NCBI GenBank assembly: GCA_963807165.1
Contig: CAWDZM010000001.1
Span: forward strand, 641,471-705,470
Direction: 5' to 3'
Length of the DNA: 64,000 nucleotides
Origin: an uncultured bacterium
Lineage (GTDB): Bacteria > Patescibacteriota > Minisyncoccia > UBA6257 > 2-01-FULL-56-20
The notes under the pieces are model-generated. The model worked only from the letters and a program-made list of their open reading frames with translations, was not told the origin of the DNA and made no database searches. Below, piece by piece: positions 9,385 to 17,896 of the stretch (positions are counted from its first letter, which is position 1; each line of letters begins with the position of its first letter). A program made the translations under genes and the position numbers.

Positions 9385-10218
9385 ATGAAAAAGTTTATCT
9401 GGATTATTGTCGCGGTGGTCGTCGTCAGCTTGATCGCATGGGCTATCTGGGCTGTTATGGTTACAAAAAATTCGCAGTCAACCAATTCAATTACATCACT
9501 GCCGCCAGTGCAGAGTCAGACTCAAAGCGGGGCGTCGGTTCCCGTCCAAAGCATTCCGCGTCCGCAAGATCCAGTGGTTGCTAAAAATTTTCTTAGCGAT
9601 ATACAAAATGCGGATCAGATTGCTCTTGGCGGTACCGTTATCGCATCTCCATATGCACTACAGATCTGGGGTGATGTAAACAAAGGAGGGGAGGCATTAT
9701 TGGAACAATCATCATCAACGGGATGGAAATTAATTTCTCTTGGCGGCGGCGAATGGAGTGTCCTTGCGCTTGTACAGGAAGGCGTGCCAGTGGCAGCGGC
9801 AGAACAATTGGTCGCAGGCTTAACGAGCGGGTCATCAACGCCATCCATTGCTCCACCGATCGCTATCCCGCCCGGAAACACGATCAGTATAGGAACATCA
9901 AACGGAGTTGTGACGATGAATAATTTTTATAACCATGCGGATTATATCTCGCAAGACCAGCAGGCGGTGGTAGTTCAAGGATCCTCGACTTATAGTATTG
10001 TTTACAACATTCCAGATAGCAGCTTTACTTTAACCATCATCGGTTCTCCATTTGATATCGTGCGTCAAGTGATGGAAACTGTATTTTTGAATTCACTGGG
10101 GATATCACAACAAGATGCTTGTAAGTTGCTTGTATCCGAAAACGTCCCGGGCGACTCTTCTAATCAATATGCAGGCCAAACATTCCGGTTGAGCTTCTGC
10201 AGCTCTGCGGTACAGTAA
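9385..10218 (+). CDS. membrane-anchored hypothetical protein in the pilin locus
   Basis: N-terminal TM. C-terminal domain with FLNSLGISQQDACKL and a terminal LSFC. Confidence 0.7.
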   Translation: MKKFIWIIVAVVVVSLIAWAIWAVMVTKNSQSTNSITSLPPVQSQTQSGASVPVQSIPRPQDPVVAKNFLSDIQNADQIALGGTVIASPYALQIWGDVNKGGEALLEQSSSTGWKLISLGGGEWSVLALVQEGVPVAAAEQLVAGLTSGSSTPSIAPPIAIPPGNTISIGTSNGVVTMNNFYNHADYISQDQQAVVVQGSSTYSIVYNIPDSSFTLTIIGSPFDIVRQVMETVFLNSLGISQQDACKLLVSENVPGDSSNQYAGQTFRLSFCSSAVQ

Positions 10219-10246
10219 TACGACCTTATTTGCTATAATGAATACA

Positions 10247-10600
10247 ATGAAAAAGATGGTCGGAAGAATAGGGCTTATGGGAGGCATCGCCGCCTTTTTT
10301 CTCTTTCTAGAAACATCCTTCGTAAAAGCGCAGACCCTCACCGATCCGCTCGGTGGCAAGGAAACTTTTATTAGTGTGGCAAATGATATCGCGCATTTTC
10401 TTCTCTACGACATTGCTATCCCGCTTTCGGTCATTATGGTGCTGGTCGGCGCTTTTCAATTTATAACGGGGGGAGGGGATCCGGCGAAGATCTCCGAGGC
10501 AAGGAAAACAATATTATATGCGGCAATTGGGCTTGGGGTCGCCCTTATCGCAGGAGGGATCACCTCGCTCATCAAAAGCATTCTTCCAAACGGTTCATAA
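10247..10600 (+). CDS. VirB2/TrbC-like pilin
   Basis: Signal peptide, LTDPLG and GAFQFITGGGDPAKISEARKTILYAAIG. Start placed 7 nt after TG-C-TATAAT. Confidence 0.85.
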   Translation: MKKMVGRIGLMGGIAAFFLFLETSFVKAQTLTDPLGGKETFISVANDIAHFLLYDIAIPLSVIMVLVGAFQFITGGGDPAKISEARKTILYAAIGLGVALIAGGITSLIKSILPNGS

Positions 10601-10675
10601 TAAACGTGGTATTTTAAGGCAAAATATGAGACACTGGATAGTAATAAAGGGTCGAAACAAATCTTTTAACTGATT

Positions 10676-11059
10676 ATGAGCACTATCAAAAAGTTTTTTG
10701 TGTCATCGCCGGTTTTTGGAACGTTAGCATTATGGGGAATACACGCCTCGGTGGTTTTGGCGCAAACCTCCGGTGCTACGTCTCCTATCACCGATGAAAC
10801 AGACCTTCAGCAGCTCATGTGTAATATCATTGATTGGTTTTTCTGGGTCATCATTATTATCTCGGTGATTATGGTGCTGGTTGCAGCATTCGATTACATC
10901 ACTGCCGGGGATGATACCGAAAAGATCTCGCTTGGGCGCAAACGCCTGACGTACGCAGCGGTAGGGATTGCTGTTGCGTTATTGGCAGCCGGATTCCCTA
11001 AAATTGTTGCAAGCGTTTTCCCAAATACGGTAAACGCGGAAGTTTCTTGCCTGGGTTAA
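10676..11059 (+). CDS. VirB2/TrbC-like pilin
   Basis: AAFDYITAGDDTEKISLGRKRLTYAAVG hairpin motif. Confidence 0.85.
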   Translation: MSTIKKFFVSSPVFGTLALWGIHASVVLAQTSGATSPITDETDLQQLMCNIIDWFFWVIIIISVIMVLVAAFDYITAGDDTEKISLGRKRLTYAAVGIAVALLAAGFPKIVASVFPNTVNAEVSCLG

Positions 11060-11127
11060 GCGCGGTGTGCTAACATTCTTAAGTACCTAAGAAAGGTCGA
11101 AAAACCCTCTTAACAATTCATTAGATC

Positions 11128-11533
11128 ATGAAAAAATTAATCAATGTAGCAAAGGAATTCAGCCCCTCGATCATCGCGTTAGTGATGGCAGTGCCGGCAT
11201 TTGCCTTTGCGCAGCTTAGCGCGCCGCCGAGCGGTGGCGGAGTAACTCCGGTCAGTGTTCCGCAGGGGAACATCAGTAGTTTGTCGGGAGTCCTTCAGCT
11301 CCTTTGTAACGTTTTCGGTTGGGCGTTCTACTTCCTCATCGTGCTTGCCGTCATCTTTGTTCTTTACGCGGCATTCAAGTATCTCACCGCAGCCGGTGAG
11401 CCGGAGAAAGGTAAAAGAAGCCGGGTCGGTCTTGCTCTATGCGGCAATCGCCGTTGGCGTTGCGCTTTTGGCAAAAGCAGTCCCGCTCGTCGTGGGAAGC
11501 TTCCTTGGCGCAGGCACCGTGGGTTCCTGCTAA
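11128..11533 (+). CDS. VirB2/TrbC-like pilin (one indel near 11410)
   Basis: AAFKYLTAAGEPEK continues in another frame as VKEAGSVLLYAAIAVGVALLA. Confidence 0.75.
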
Positions 11534-11559
11534 TAGCGAAATCGTCTTTAGAGAAGTTC

Positions 11560-11583
11560 AAAAAGCCCCGCAAGGGGTTTTTT
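11560..11583 (+). terminator. intrinsic terminator ending the pilin array
   Basis: AAAAGCCCC-GCAA-GGGGTTTTTT. Confidence 0.8.
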
Positions 11584-11663
11584 GGTTTTGCGCAAAAAAT
11601 TTAAAAGATAGAAAAATCCCCCAACAACCGAAGCTGCTGGGGGATAAATTACTGCAATGCGCT

Positions 11664-12920
11664 CTACGAGACGCGGACGCTTTGGGGCATCTCGATATCT
11701 CCATAGTCGCCATTCCACCGAAGGTGGAACTTGATCATTATACGGTTTGATTCGCCGAAACTGTCATCTTTGAATTTGATGCCGAATTTCGCAGAATCTC
11801 CATGTTTGAGGACAACATTCCAGCCGAGGTCGGAAGTAATCCAGTTAAGCGGAAGAGGAACAACATTGCTTTCGTTGTCGGTTGCGGCCCCTCCCTCTTT
11901 CATGGCAAGTTCTTTCGGGTTGCCCTCTACGCTTGTGAAGATCGCGTCGCACGTGATGAATTTGTTCAGGCGGTGAACGCAGTTCTGGACGACAATATCA
12001 AGATCGCCCACTACTGCGGCCACTTGCACTGGCGCGGCGTTCGGATCGGGAGTTGGAGCAGGTGTTGTTTGCGGAACCACCTGTCCTTCAGCGACCCCCG
12101 AGCCTTTTTCTTCCAATCCCTCTTGGGAAGAGGAATCTGTCTGCCGGGGTGATTTCACGGGTTCTTCAATTTTTTTTGGGCTACCCGTGTCAGCTGCCGG
12201 GTCCTTTGCTTTTGACCTCGCCGAAGCCAGAGGATCCGGGATCGCTGGCGTCTCCGCAGCAGGTTTCTGGGATTGCTCATCCGTTTTTGCCTCCACGCGT
12301 CGATCAAAGTTGAAGTTGATGACGATGGGATTGGTGTGGGCGCCCTTGGTGTCGGAGAAAGGCGTGTACAGGAAAAACAACAACGTGATCCCGCCGAATA
12401 AAATGGCGAGACCGACGACGACGAGTTTTAACTTCTTGATCCCCGCGGCACAGGCGATCGCTGCCAGAATGATGATCTGGGTGAGCGCCAAAGGTCGGTT
12501 GTTCGCAATGGGTATCCAAGCGAAGTAGAGGCCCAGGAGCAGTTCAATTACGAGGACGATCCGAAGCACGTTCGTCGCCTGTCGCGCCCTTGAAACGAAC
12601 TCTCCAATAAATCGAGTTTTCGGCGAAAGCATCGCTTCCATCGCAAAGATCGACATCGGCATCGGCGCGGTCATCATCCACATGAGGGCGATGAACACGA
12701 CGATCGTGAGGGTTGGAATCAGGTACCGCACGGGCCACATCGGCGAGCTTGGCAGTGCCACGAGCAGCAGGACGAACGGCCACGCGATGGCCATCCGTGT
12801 CGCAATGGTGAGGCGGCGCATGATGATCCAGGCGGCGCGGCTGACTCTTCCTGCCGCTACCCGCCCGATCTCGGATGCGAGTTCGCTCAGGTCGTGCAGT
12901 AGGGCAAACGGCTCGTTCAT
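11664..12920 (-). CDS. hypothetical multi-pass membrane protein with a Pro-rich linker and C-terminal beta-rich domain
   Basis: 418-aa ORF with about 5 TM segments and SD AGGAGG. Terminator-like hairpin at about 11612-11648. Confidence 0.7.
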   Translation of the reverse strand: MNEPFALLHDLSELASEIGRVAAGRVSRAAWIIMRRLTIATRMAIAWPFVLLLVALPSSPMWPVRYLIPTLTIVVFIALMWMMTAPMPMSIFAMEAMLSPKTRFIGEFVSRARQATNVLRIVLVIELLLGLYFAWIPIANNRPLALTQIIILAAIACAAGIKKLKLVVVGLAILFGGITLLFFLYTPFSDTKGAHTNPIVINFNFDRRVEAKTDEQSQKPAAETPAIPDPLASARSKAKDPAADTGSPKKIEEPVKSPRQTDSSSQEGLEEKGSGVAEGQVVPQTTPAPTPDPNAAPVQVAAVVGDLDIVVQNCVHRLNKFITCDAIFTSVEGNPKELAMKEGGAATDNESNVVPLPLNWITSDLGWNVVLKHGDSAKFGIKFKDDSFGESNRIMIKFHLRWNGDYGDIEMPQSVRVS

Positions 12921-13522
12921 CGAATCCTCCTGAGTGTTTCGGTAAGGTTGCGGATGCCCGGACGCGCGGCAGCAGCAAGAGTATTAATGGTGCTGTTGGC
13001 GTTTCCAAGAGAAGTTGCAACAAAGTCCCGGATCTTGCGGAAATCATTGCCGCCGATTGCTCTGCCTTCGGACTCTGCCTGCTTGGCTATTTTTAGCGCC
13101 AGTTGCAGGATGTTATCGTGGGCAAGAAAGGCCCTGACGGTGTCGGTAAATTCCTGATAGGAACTAGAACACCCTAACATCAGGAATACTCCAGGCCTGT
13201 CCGCGTCCGAGACCTTCCGAAGAAGGCTCGTAAGTTCGCCCTCTTCATTTTTGTCTTTCCACGCGTCAATGACCCAGTGTTTTATATTCCGTCCGGCTAT
13301 CTCCGTCCCTTCGTCGTTGGAATTTACCATCTTAGCGACTTCGGCAAGGATTTTTGTCCGGTCGCCGGCGTCGACGAAAAGCTCTTTTGCCTTTGCCGTC
13401 GCAGCGGTACCAACCTGTTGTTTCAGCGCCTTTACGGCCGCCTCAACTCCAAGAGTGGCAGCAGTGCCAGCGGCGAATTCAAGGATACCCTGCAAAATCG
13501 TTTTTTCTTCAGTGCTAGCCAT
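12917..13522 (-). CDS. hypothetical protein
   Basis: 201-aa ORF with SD AAGGAGG. ATGA overlap with the downstream gene. Confidence 0.7.
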   Translation of the reverse strand: MASTEEKTILQGILEFAAGTAATLGVEAAVKALKQQVGTAATAKAKELFVDAGDRTKILAEVAKMVNSNDEGTEIAGRNIKHWVIDAWKDKNEEGELTSLLRKVSDADRPGVFLMLGCSSSYQEFTDTVRAFLAHDNILQLALKIAKQAESEGRAIGGNDFRKIRDFVATSLGNANSTINTLAAAARPGIRNLTETLRRIR

Positions 13523-13587
13523 GCGCCCTCCTTAGTGGCGGTTCTGTTGTTGGCTTCATTCAGTCTCGGTTGTGGAGAACTATCCAT

Positions 13588-13632
13588 ATTCTAGCACACC
13601 TTATTGACATTTGTCAAGCCTTGTGTTAACAT
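13588..13632. promoter_or_regulatory. back-to-back divergent sigma70 promoters
   Basis: Palindrome TTGACATTTGTCAA gives TTGACA-17-TAACAT on the plus strand and TTGACA-18-TAGAAT on the minus strand. Confidence 0.65.
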
Positions 13633-13673
13633 GCCTATAATGGCACAATAATAAAAAGCCACCATATAAACCA

Positions 13674-14726
13674 ATGCCTATTTTTGAGAAATTCAGGAGG
13701 GCGGAGCAGGAAGATAAGGCAAAAGCGGTACAAGATGCGGGAGAAAGAAAGATTGAGGGGCCGACGGTAAAGCAAATTCTTGCGGATAAGGAACAGTCCC
13801 GGCTCTTTGGTTTGCATCTTGAGAAGCAGGGGAATCATGAACTCGGTGCAAGAGTTATATCCGGCCAACTGTCTCCGGAAGAAGTGGTCGAGCTGAGCGC
13901 CGAACGCTCGAATTTTTTAGCGACGATGGAGTCGGTGAAGGCGATGCGCGAGCGGTTGTCTTCGAAAAATATCGAAGAGATCGTAGCGTCTTCTCCGGAA
14001 TTACAAAAAATTGCCGATGCAGTTGGTTCGAAAGGCCTCCGCGAAGCAGTTTTGCGGGACCTTGAACGCCTCGCCATCGCAGACCCTGAACATTTTCAGA
14101 ACATCAGCGATGCGATGAGGGACATCGAGCAGACGGAGGCGTTGATGGAAGAGGAGGATAAAAAGGTTGGTGCGATTTGTCGAATGTATGAGATAGAAGA
14201 AAGTGAATATCTGGTGGCGATACGAGATAAGGATAACCCAAACGCGGTATATGACCTCGTGAAGAGCCGCATGGGCTGGTTTAAAAAACATTTTAAAACG
14301 CCAGAAGCTCTCGGCGCCGAGATCGATGGAATTATGGATCGCACTGCGGAAATTAAAAAGCTTTCCGCAGAGTACGATAGTCGCACGAGGGGCATCGCGG
14401 AAGCGCTGCACGCAACGATAACTGACAATGAAGATGTGTGGAGATCGCTGGTCTCTGATCTCCAGGGGAGAGGCGCTGAGCGACCGGAAAAAGAAATGGC
14501 ATTTTCCGAAATCATGAATACGCCGATGAACGGAGCGGAAGTTCAGAGCGAGTGGGAATCCTATAAGAGGGATCATGCCAGTGATCCGGGATTTTCCGAA
14601 GAACAGGCCAAGGCGGATTTCGCCAGCGAATACATGGATAGGAATGTTACAAAAAAGAAAAAGGGATTTTGGAGCACTGTAACGAAGGCGCTTTGGGAAT
14701 CCTTTATCCAAGGTAATCTAAAATAA
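13674..14726 (+). CDS. hypothetical charged alpha-helical protein
   Basis: 350-aa ORF, Glu/Lys-rich. Confidence 0.75.
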   Translation: MPIFEKFRRAEQEDKAKAVQDAGERKIEGPTVKQILADKEQSRLFGLHLEKQGNHELGARVISGQLSPEEVVELSAERSNFLATMESVKAMRERLSSKNIEEIVASSPELQKIADAVGSKGLREAVLRDLERLAIADPEHFQNISDAMRDIEQTEALMEEEDKKVGAICRMYEIEESEYLVAIRDKDNPNAVYDLVKSRMGWFKKHFKTPEALGAEIDGIMDRTAEIKKLSAEYDSRTRGIAEALHATITDNEDVWRSLVSDLQGRGAERPEKEMAFSEIMNTPMNGAEVQSEWESYKRDHASDPGFSEEQAKADFASEYMDRNVTKKKKGFWSTVTKALWESFIQGNLK

Positions 14727-14739
14727 TTATTACCAGTTC

Positions 14740-15033
14740 ATGAATTACACATCAGATGCGTTGATGAAAGAATTTTCGGAGGTCGTTGCGTTGGGAGACG
14801 AGGATGCCGCGCGAAAATTTTTAGCCGACAATCTAAAAAAATTTCCACAAGACGTGCAGGACAAAATCATCTCCGCTTTTTTTGAGGAAGCGCTTTCAAA
14901 GAAAGCCGCCGACCTGCATGCGGTGCTTGATTTCCAAAAAGAAGGGATTGCTGCGATTTCCGATTTGGAGCAGGGAAAGCGTAAGCTTGAAGACAAGCAG
15001 AAATTGCTTGACCTTAAGGAAGGTATAAAATAA
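14740..15033 (+). CDS. hypothetical protein
   Basis: 97-aa ORF, 13 nt downstream of the previous gene. Confidence 0.7.
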   Translation: MNYTSDALMKEFSEVVALGDEDAARKFLADNLKKFPQDVQDKIISAFFEEALSKKAADLHAVLDFQKEGIAAISDLEQGKRKLEDKQKLLDLKEGIK

Positions 15034-15044
15034 GGATAGTTCGC

Positions 15045-15125
15045 GCCCGGGTGGTGAAATGGCATACACGTCAGCTTTAGGAGCTGATGCCGAAAGGCGT
15101 GGAGGTTCAAGTCCTCTCCCGGGCA
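15045..15125 (+). tRNA. tRNA-Leu(TAG)
   Basis: Acceptor GCCCGGG/CCCGGGC, anticodon arm TCAGC-TTTAGGA-GCTGA, long variable arm GCC-GAAA-GGC and T-loop TTCAAGT. Confidence 0.95.
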
Positions 15126-15216
15126 CAAAAACTTTACAAAAATATAATTTTAGTATATGATATAACTGGTCATATTTAAGGAAGTAAGTGTCTCGAAATT
15201 CAGGAGGGAATGCGAT

Positions 15217-15414
15217 ATGGGTTTGGATGTTAACAACAAGCAAGTACCGGTGGTAATGGTGAATTTCCCGCCGATGCCTCAGTTTTCTGATTTTGCGCAA
15301 AAAGGATGCGATGGCGAGTCGCTGATCCTAACGCAGAATGCCAGCTATGCTCGAGCCCTTGAGGCTTGGAAAGAAACATGCGCAACCATTGCACGGGCTA
15401 TCAATCTTAAGTGA
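15217..15414 (+). CDS. small hypothetical protein
   Basis: 65-aa ORF with SD AGGAGGG. Confidence 0.5.
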   Translation: MGLDVNNKQVPVVMVNFPPMPQFSDFAQKGCDGESLILTQNASYARALEAWKETCATIARAINLK

Positions 15415-15479
15415 GACACCCGCAGTTCTCGAATAGCAATACCGATTCTTCAAATGAGGTCGGTATTTTTTTAATAAAA

Positions 15480-16406
15480 TCACTCCTCCTTCCTCCTCGC
15501 ACCGTGAAACGCCTGGTGTACTTCACGCAACTGCTTGTTGGTGAGGTGTGTGTAGACCTGCGTGGTGGAGATGTTTGCATGGCCAAGGAGCTCCTGCACA
15601 GAGCGCAGGTCGGCGCCATTCACGAGGAGGTCGGTGGCGAAACTGTGGCGGAGTAAGTGCGCGTGGATGTGACGTCGGGATTCCCGCCTGCGTGGCGCGG
15701 GCGGCGACAAGGCGCTGGACGGCGCGCGGCGTGATGGGGCCGATCATTTGCCGACGCGGTCGAGACTGACGAACAACTTTTCTTCTGCATCGCCGCGCTG
15801 CGCCATATACGCTTTGACCGCCTCGCGCGCCGTGTCGGAGATGAAGACCACGCGCAGTTTATCGCCCTTGCCGCGCACGGAGAGTTCGCCACGCTTGAGG
15901 TCGATGCCGCGCGGCAAGGCGCAGAGCTCTGCCAGGCGCAGGCCGGTGGAGAAAAACATTTCGAGTACGGCTTTGTCGCGCAGGTCGCGGAGTGAGTCGC
16001 CCTTCGGAGCGGCGAGCAGTCGCTCAAGGTCGCCGTATTCGAGCGTGTCGATCTGCCTCCCGGGTATTTTCGGGAGCTCTATTTTGTCCGCCGAAAGTGC
16101 TTTGATATCCCGCCGCGCCATATATTTTAAAAAGTTGCGCAAGGCGATCGCGTAATATCCTTGCGTCATGCGCTTCATTTCGCGCCGCGCGAGCGCAACG
16201 CGGAATTCGCGCACCACGCTCGTCCGTGATCTCGGCAGGGGAGGAGATTTTCGCGAACTTCAAAAATTCGCGAAAGATAATGTTGATAGTTCTCACTCGT
16301 CCGCGGCGAACGATTCTTTTCGATCTCCAAATAATTCAAATAATCCTGGAGTAGGCGTTCGATTTCCGTCTTGCGGTTTTATTTTTTCTTTCTTCTTCTC
16401 GGGCAT
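15480..16406 (-). CDS. XerC/XerD-like tyrosine recombinase, split by several indels
   Basis: Fragments [30 protein letters not shown] and [36 protein letters not shown] lie in different frames. Confidence 0.85.
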
Positions 16407-16473
16407 GATTCTATTATACGCTTATCTGTCGCAAAACGGGTGTTGACTACAAAGAGGTTAATAGGCATAATAT

Positions 16474-16645
16474 ATGGCAGAATATAGCGTAGGTCAATTA
16501 TACGTGCGCGGCAGATACTGAAAACCATCGGCAGATGTCTCTTAAAGCCAGTGAATTTTTGGCATGGGCTATCGACGGAGCAGTGCTCTACGCCAGAAAT
16601 TCCTTCTGGATAAAAAAGGAATACCTGCCACCTCCGTTTGACTAG
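16474..16645 (+). CDS. possible small orphan ORF (about 56 aa, needs one 1-nt correction)
   Basis: Promoter TTGACT-17-CATAAT, then MAEYSV/VNYTCAAD...PPPFD*. Confidence 0.3.
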
Positions 16646-16780
16646 GGTACCGCCCACTATGATCGCCACCTCCCCCGAGGCGGCGATTTTTTTGCGAATG
16701 GTCATCTGACTGGAGGCGGGGAGCGCCTCTTTCTTTTCTGCCCTTGCTATTTATTCAATAATAAGCTATGATGAACCATA

Positions 16781-17047
16781 ATGCTTACTAAACGAGTCAA
16801 AACCCGCATCGTCGGGGAGAATAAGAAACACGACACGGACACGGGTTCTGCGCAGGTGCAGATCGCAATGACCTCGCGCCAGATCGACGAATTGGCCGCG
16901 CACCTCAAGAAAAACCCGAAGGATAATCACTCCCGCCGCGGACTTTTGAAGATGGTATCCAAGCGCAGGAAATTGCTGGCGTATATGAAGAAGCACGAGC
17001 CTTCTCTGTACGAGAAACTCATCAAGAAGCTCGACCTTAAAAAATAA
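16781..17047 (+). CDS. rpsO: 30S ribosomal protein S15
   Basis: DTGSAQVQIA...HLKKNPKDNHSRRGLLKMVSKRRKLLAY. Confidence 0.98.
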   Translation: MLTKRVKTRIVGENKKHDTDTGSAQVQIAMTSRQIDELAAHLKKNPKDNHSRRGLLKMVSKRRKLLAYMKKHEPSLYEKLIKKLDLKK

Positions 17048-17739
17048 TGAAGTCCGAAACCAATCATTCCAACCAGCGGGTTGGGATTTTTGTTGATGTA
17101 TCCAATCTGTATCACTCGGCGAAGAACCTCTACCAGGGCCGCGTGAACTACGCTGAGCTTATAAAGAGCCTCGTCGCCGGGCGCCAGCTGATCCGCGCGA
17201 TGGCATACGTGGTGCGCAGTGAGGGCGTGGAGCCGCAGCAGGCGCGCGGGCATGCGCAGGCGCGCATGGCGGAAAAGGATCAGGCGGCGGCGGTTTCGAT
17301 CGTGCCGGCATCCTCGAATGGATCTAATGGTAACGGCGCAAATGGCGACGGTAACGGCGGCCCTTCTTCCGAAGCGAGTTTTTTTGATGCACTCGAGAAG
17401 GCAGGCTTGGAGCTCCGCATGAAAGATCTGCAGATCTATGCCGGCGGTATGAAGAAAGGCGATTGGGATGTCGGGCTCACGGTGGACGTCATCCGCATGA
17501 TGCCGTTCCTCGATGTGATCATTCTGGTGACTGGCGATGGTGATTACATCCCGTTGGTCAATTACGTAAAATGGGCAGGAGGGCGAGTGGTCGAGATCGC
17601 CTCGTTTCGAAGGAGCGCGTCATCCAAACTAGTGGAGGCCGCCGACGAGTTTGTAAATATAGAGAATATTCCTCGCGCGATCATGAAGCCGCGGTATGTA
17701 GCGACGAGAAACAAGAGGCCGCAGTCGGATGACCATTAA
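17047..17739 (+). CDS. NYN domain (LabA/DUF88, PIN-like) protein
   Basis: VGIFVDVSNLY, KGDWDVGLTVD and LVTGDGDYIPLV motifs. Confidence 0.9.
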   Translation: MKSETNHSNQRVGIFVDVSNLYHSAKNLYQGRVNYAELIKSLVAGRQLIRAMAYVVRSEGVEPQQARGHAQARMAEKDQAAAVSIVPASSNGSNGNGANGDGNGGPSSEASFFDALEKAGLELRMKDLQIYAGGMKKGDWDVGLTVDVIRMMPFLDVIILVTGDGDYIPLVNYVKWAGGRVVEIASFRRSASSKLVEAADEFVNIENIPRAIMKPRYVATRNKRPQSDDH

Positions 17740-17757
17740 AAAATAATTAAATTAACC

Positions 17758-17886
17758 GAAGCGCGATAAAGGGGATGTCATTCCGAGCTTTGCGCGAGAT
17801 CGAAGGAGGCGAGTAGCGATAGGTGCCGCCACTGACGATCTTGCATAAAGCTCAGGATGACAAGACTCTCCAGGTTCGCCGCTTCA
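17758..17886 (+). promoter_or_regulatory. long hairpin in the pnp 5' leader
   Basis: 27-bp stem (17776-17802 with 17836-17862) containing 3 G-U pairs and 2 mismatches. Confidence 0.65.
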
Positions 17887-17896
17887 CATTAAAAAT

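Noticed and set aside
15045-16406. Integrative element formed by tRNA-Leu plus a tyrosine recombinase
   Set aside because: The recombinase looks like a housekeeping XerC/D type, I saw no duplicated tRNA-Leu 3' end, and rpsO follows closely.
16480-16730. Riboswitch or S15 autoregulatory leader upstream of rpsO
   Set aside because: Only short pairings without a recognisable consensus. rpsO appears leaderless, and the region reads better as a frameshifted small ORF.
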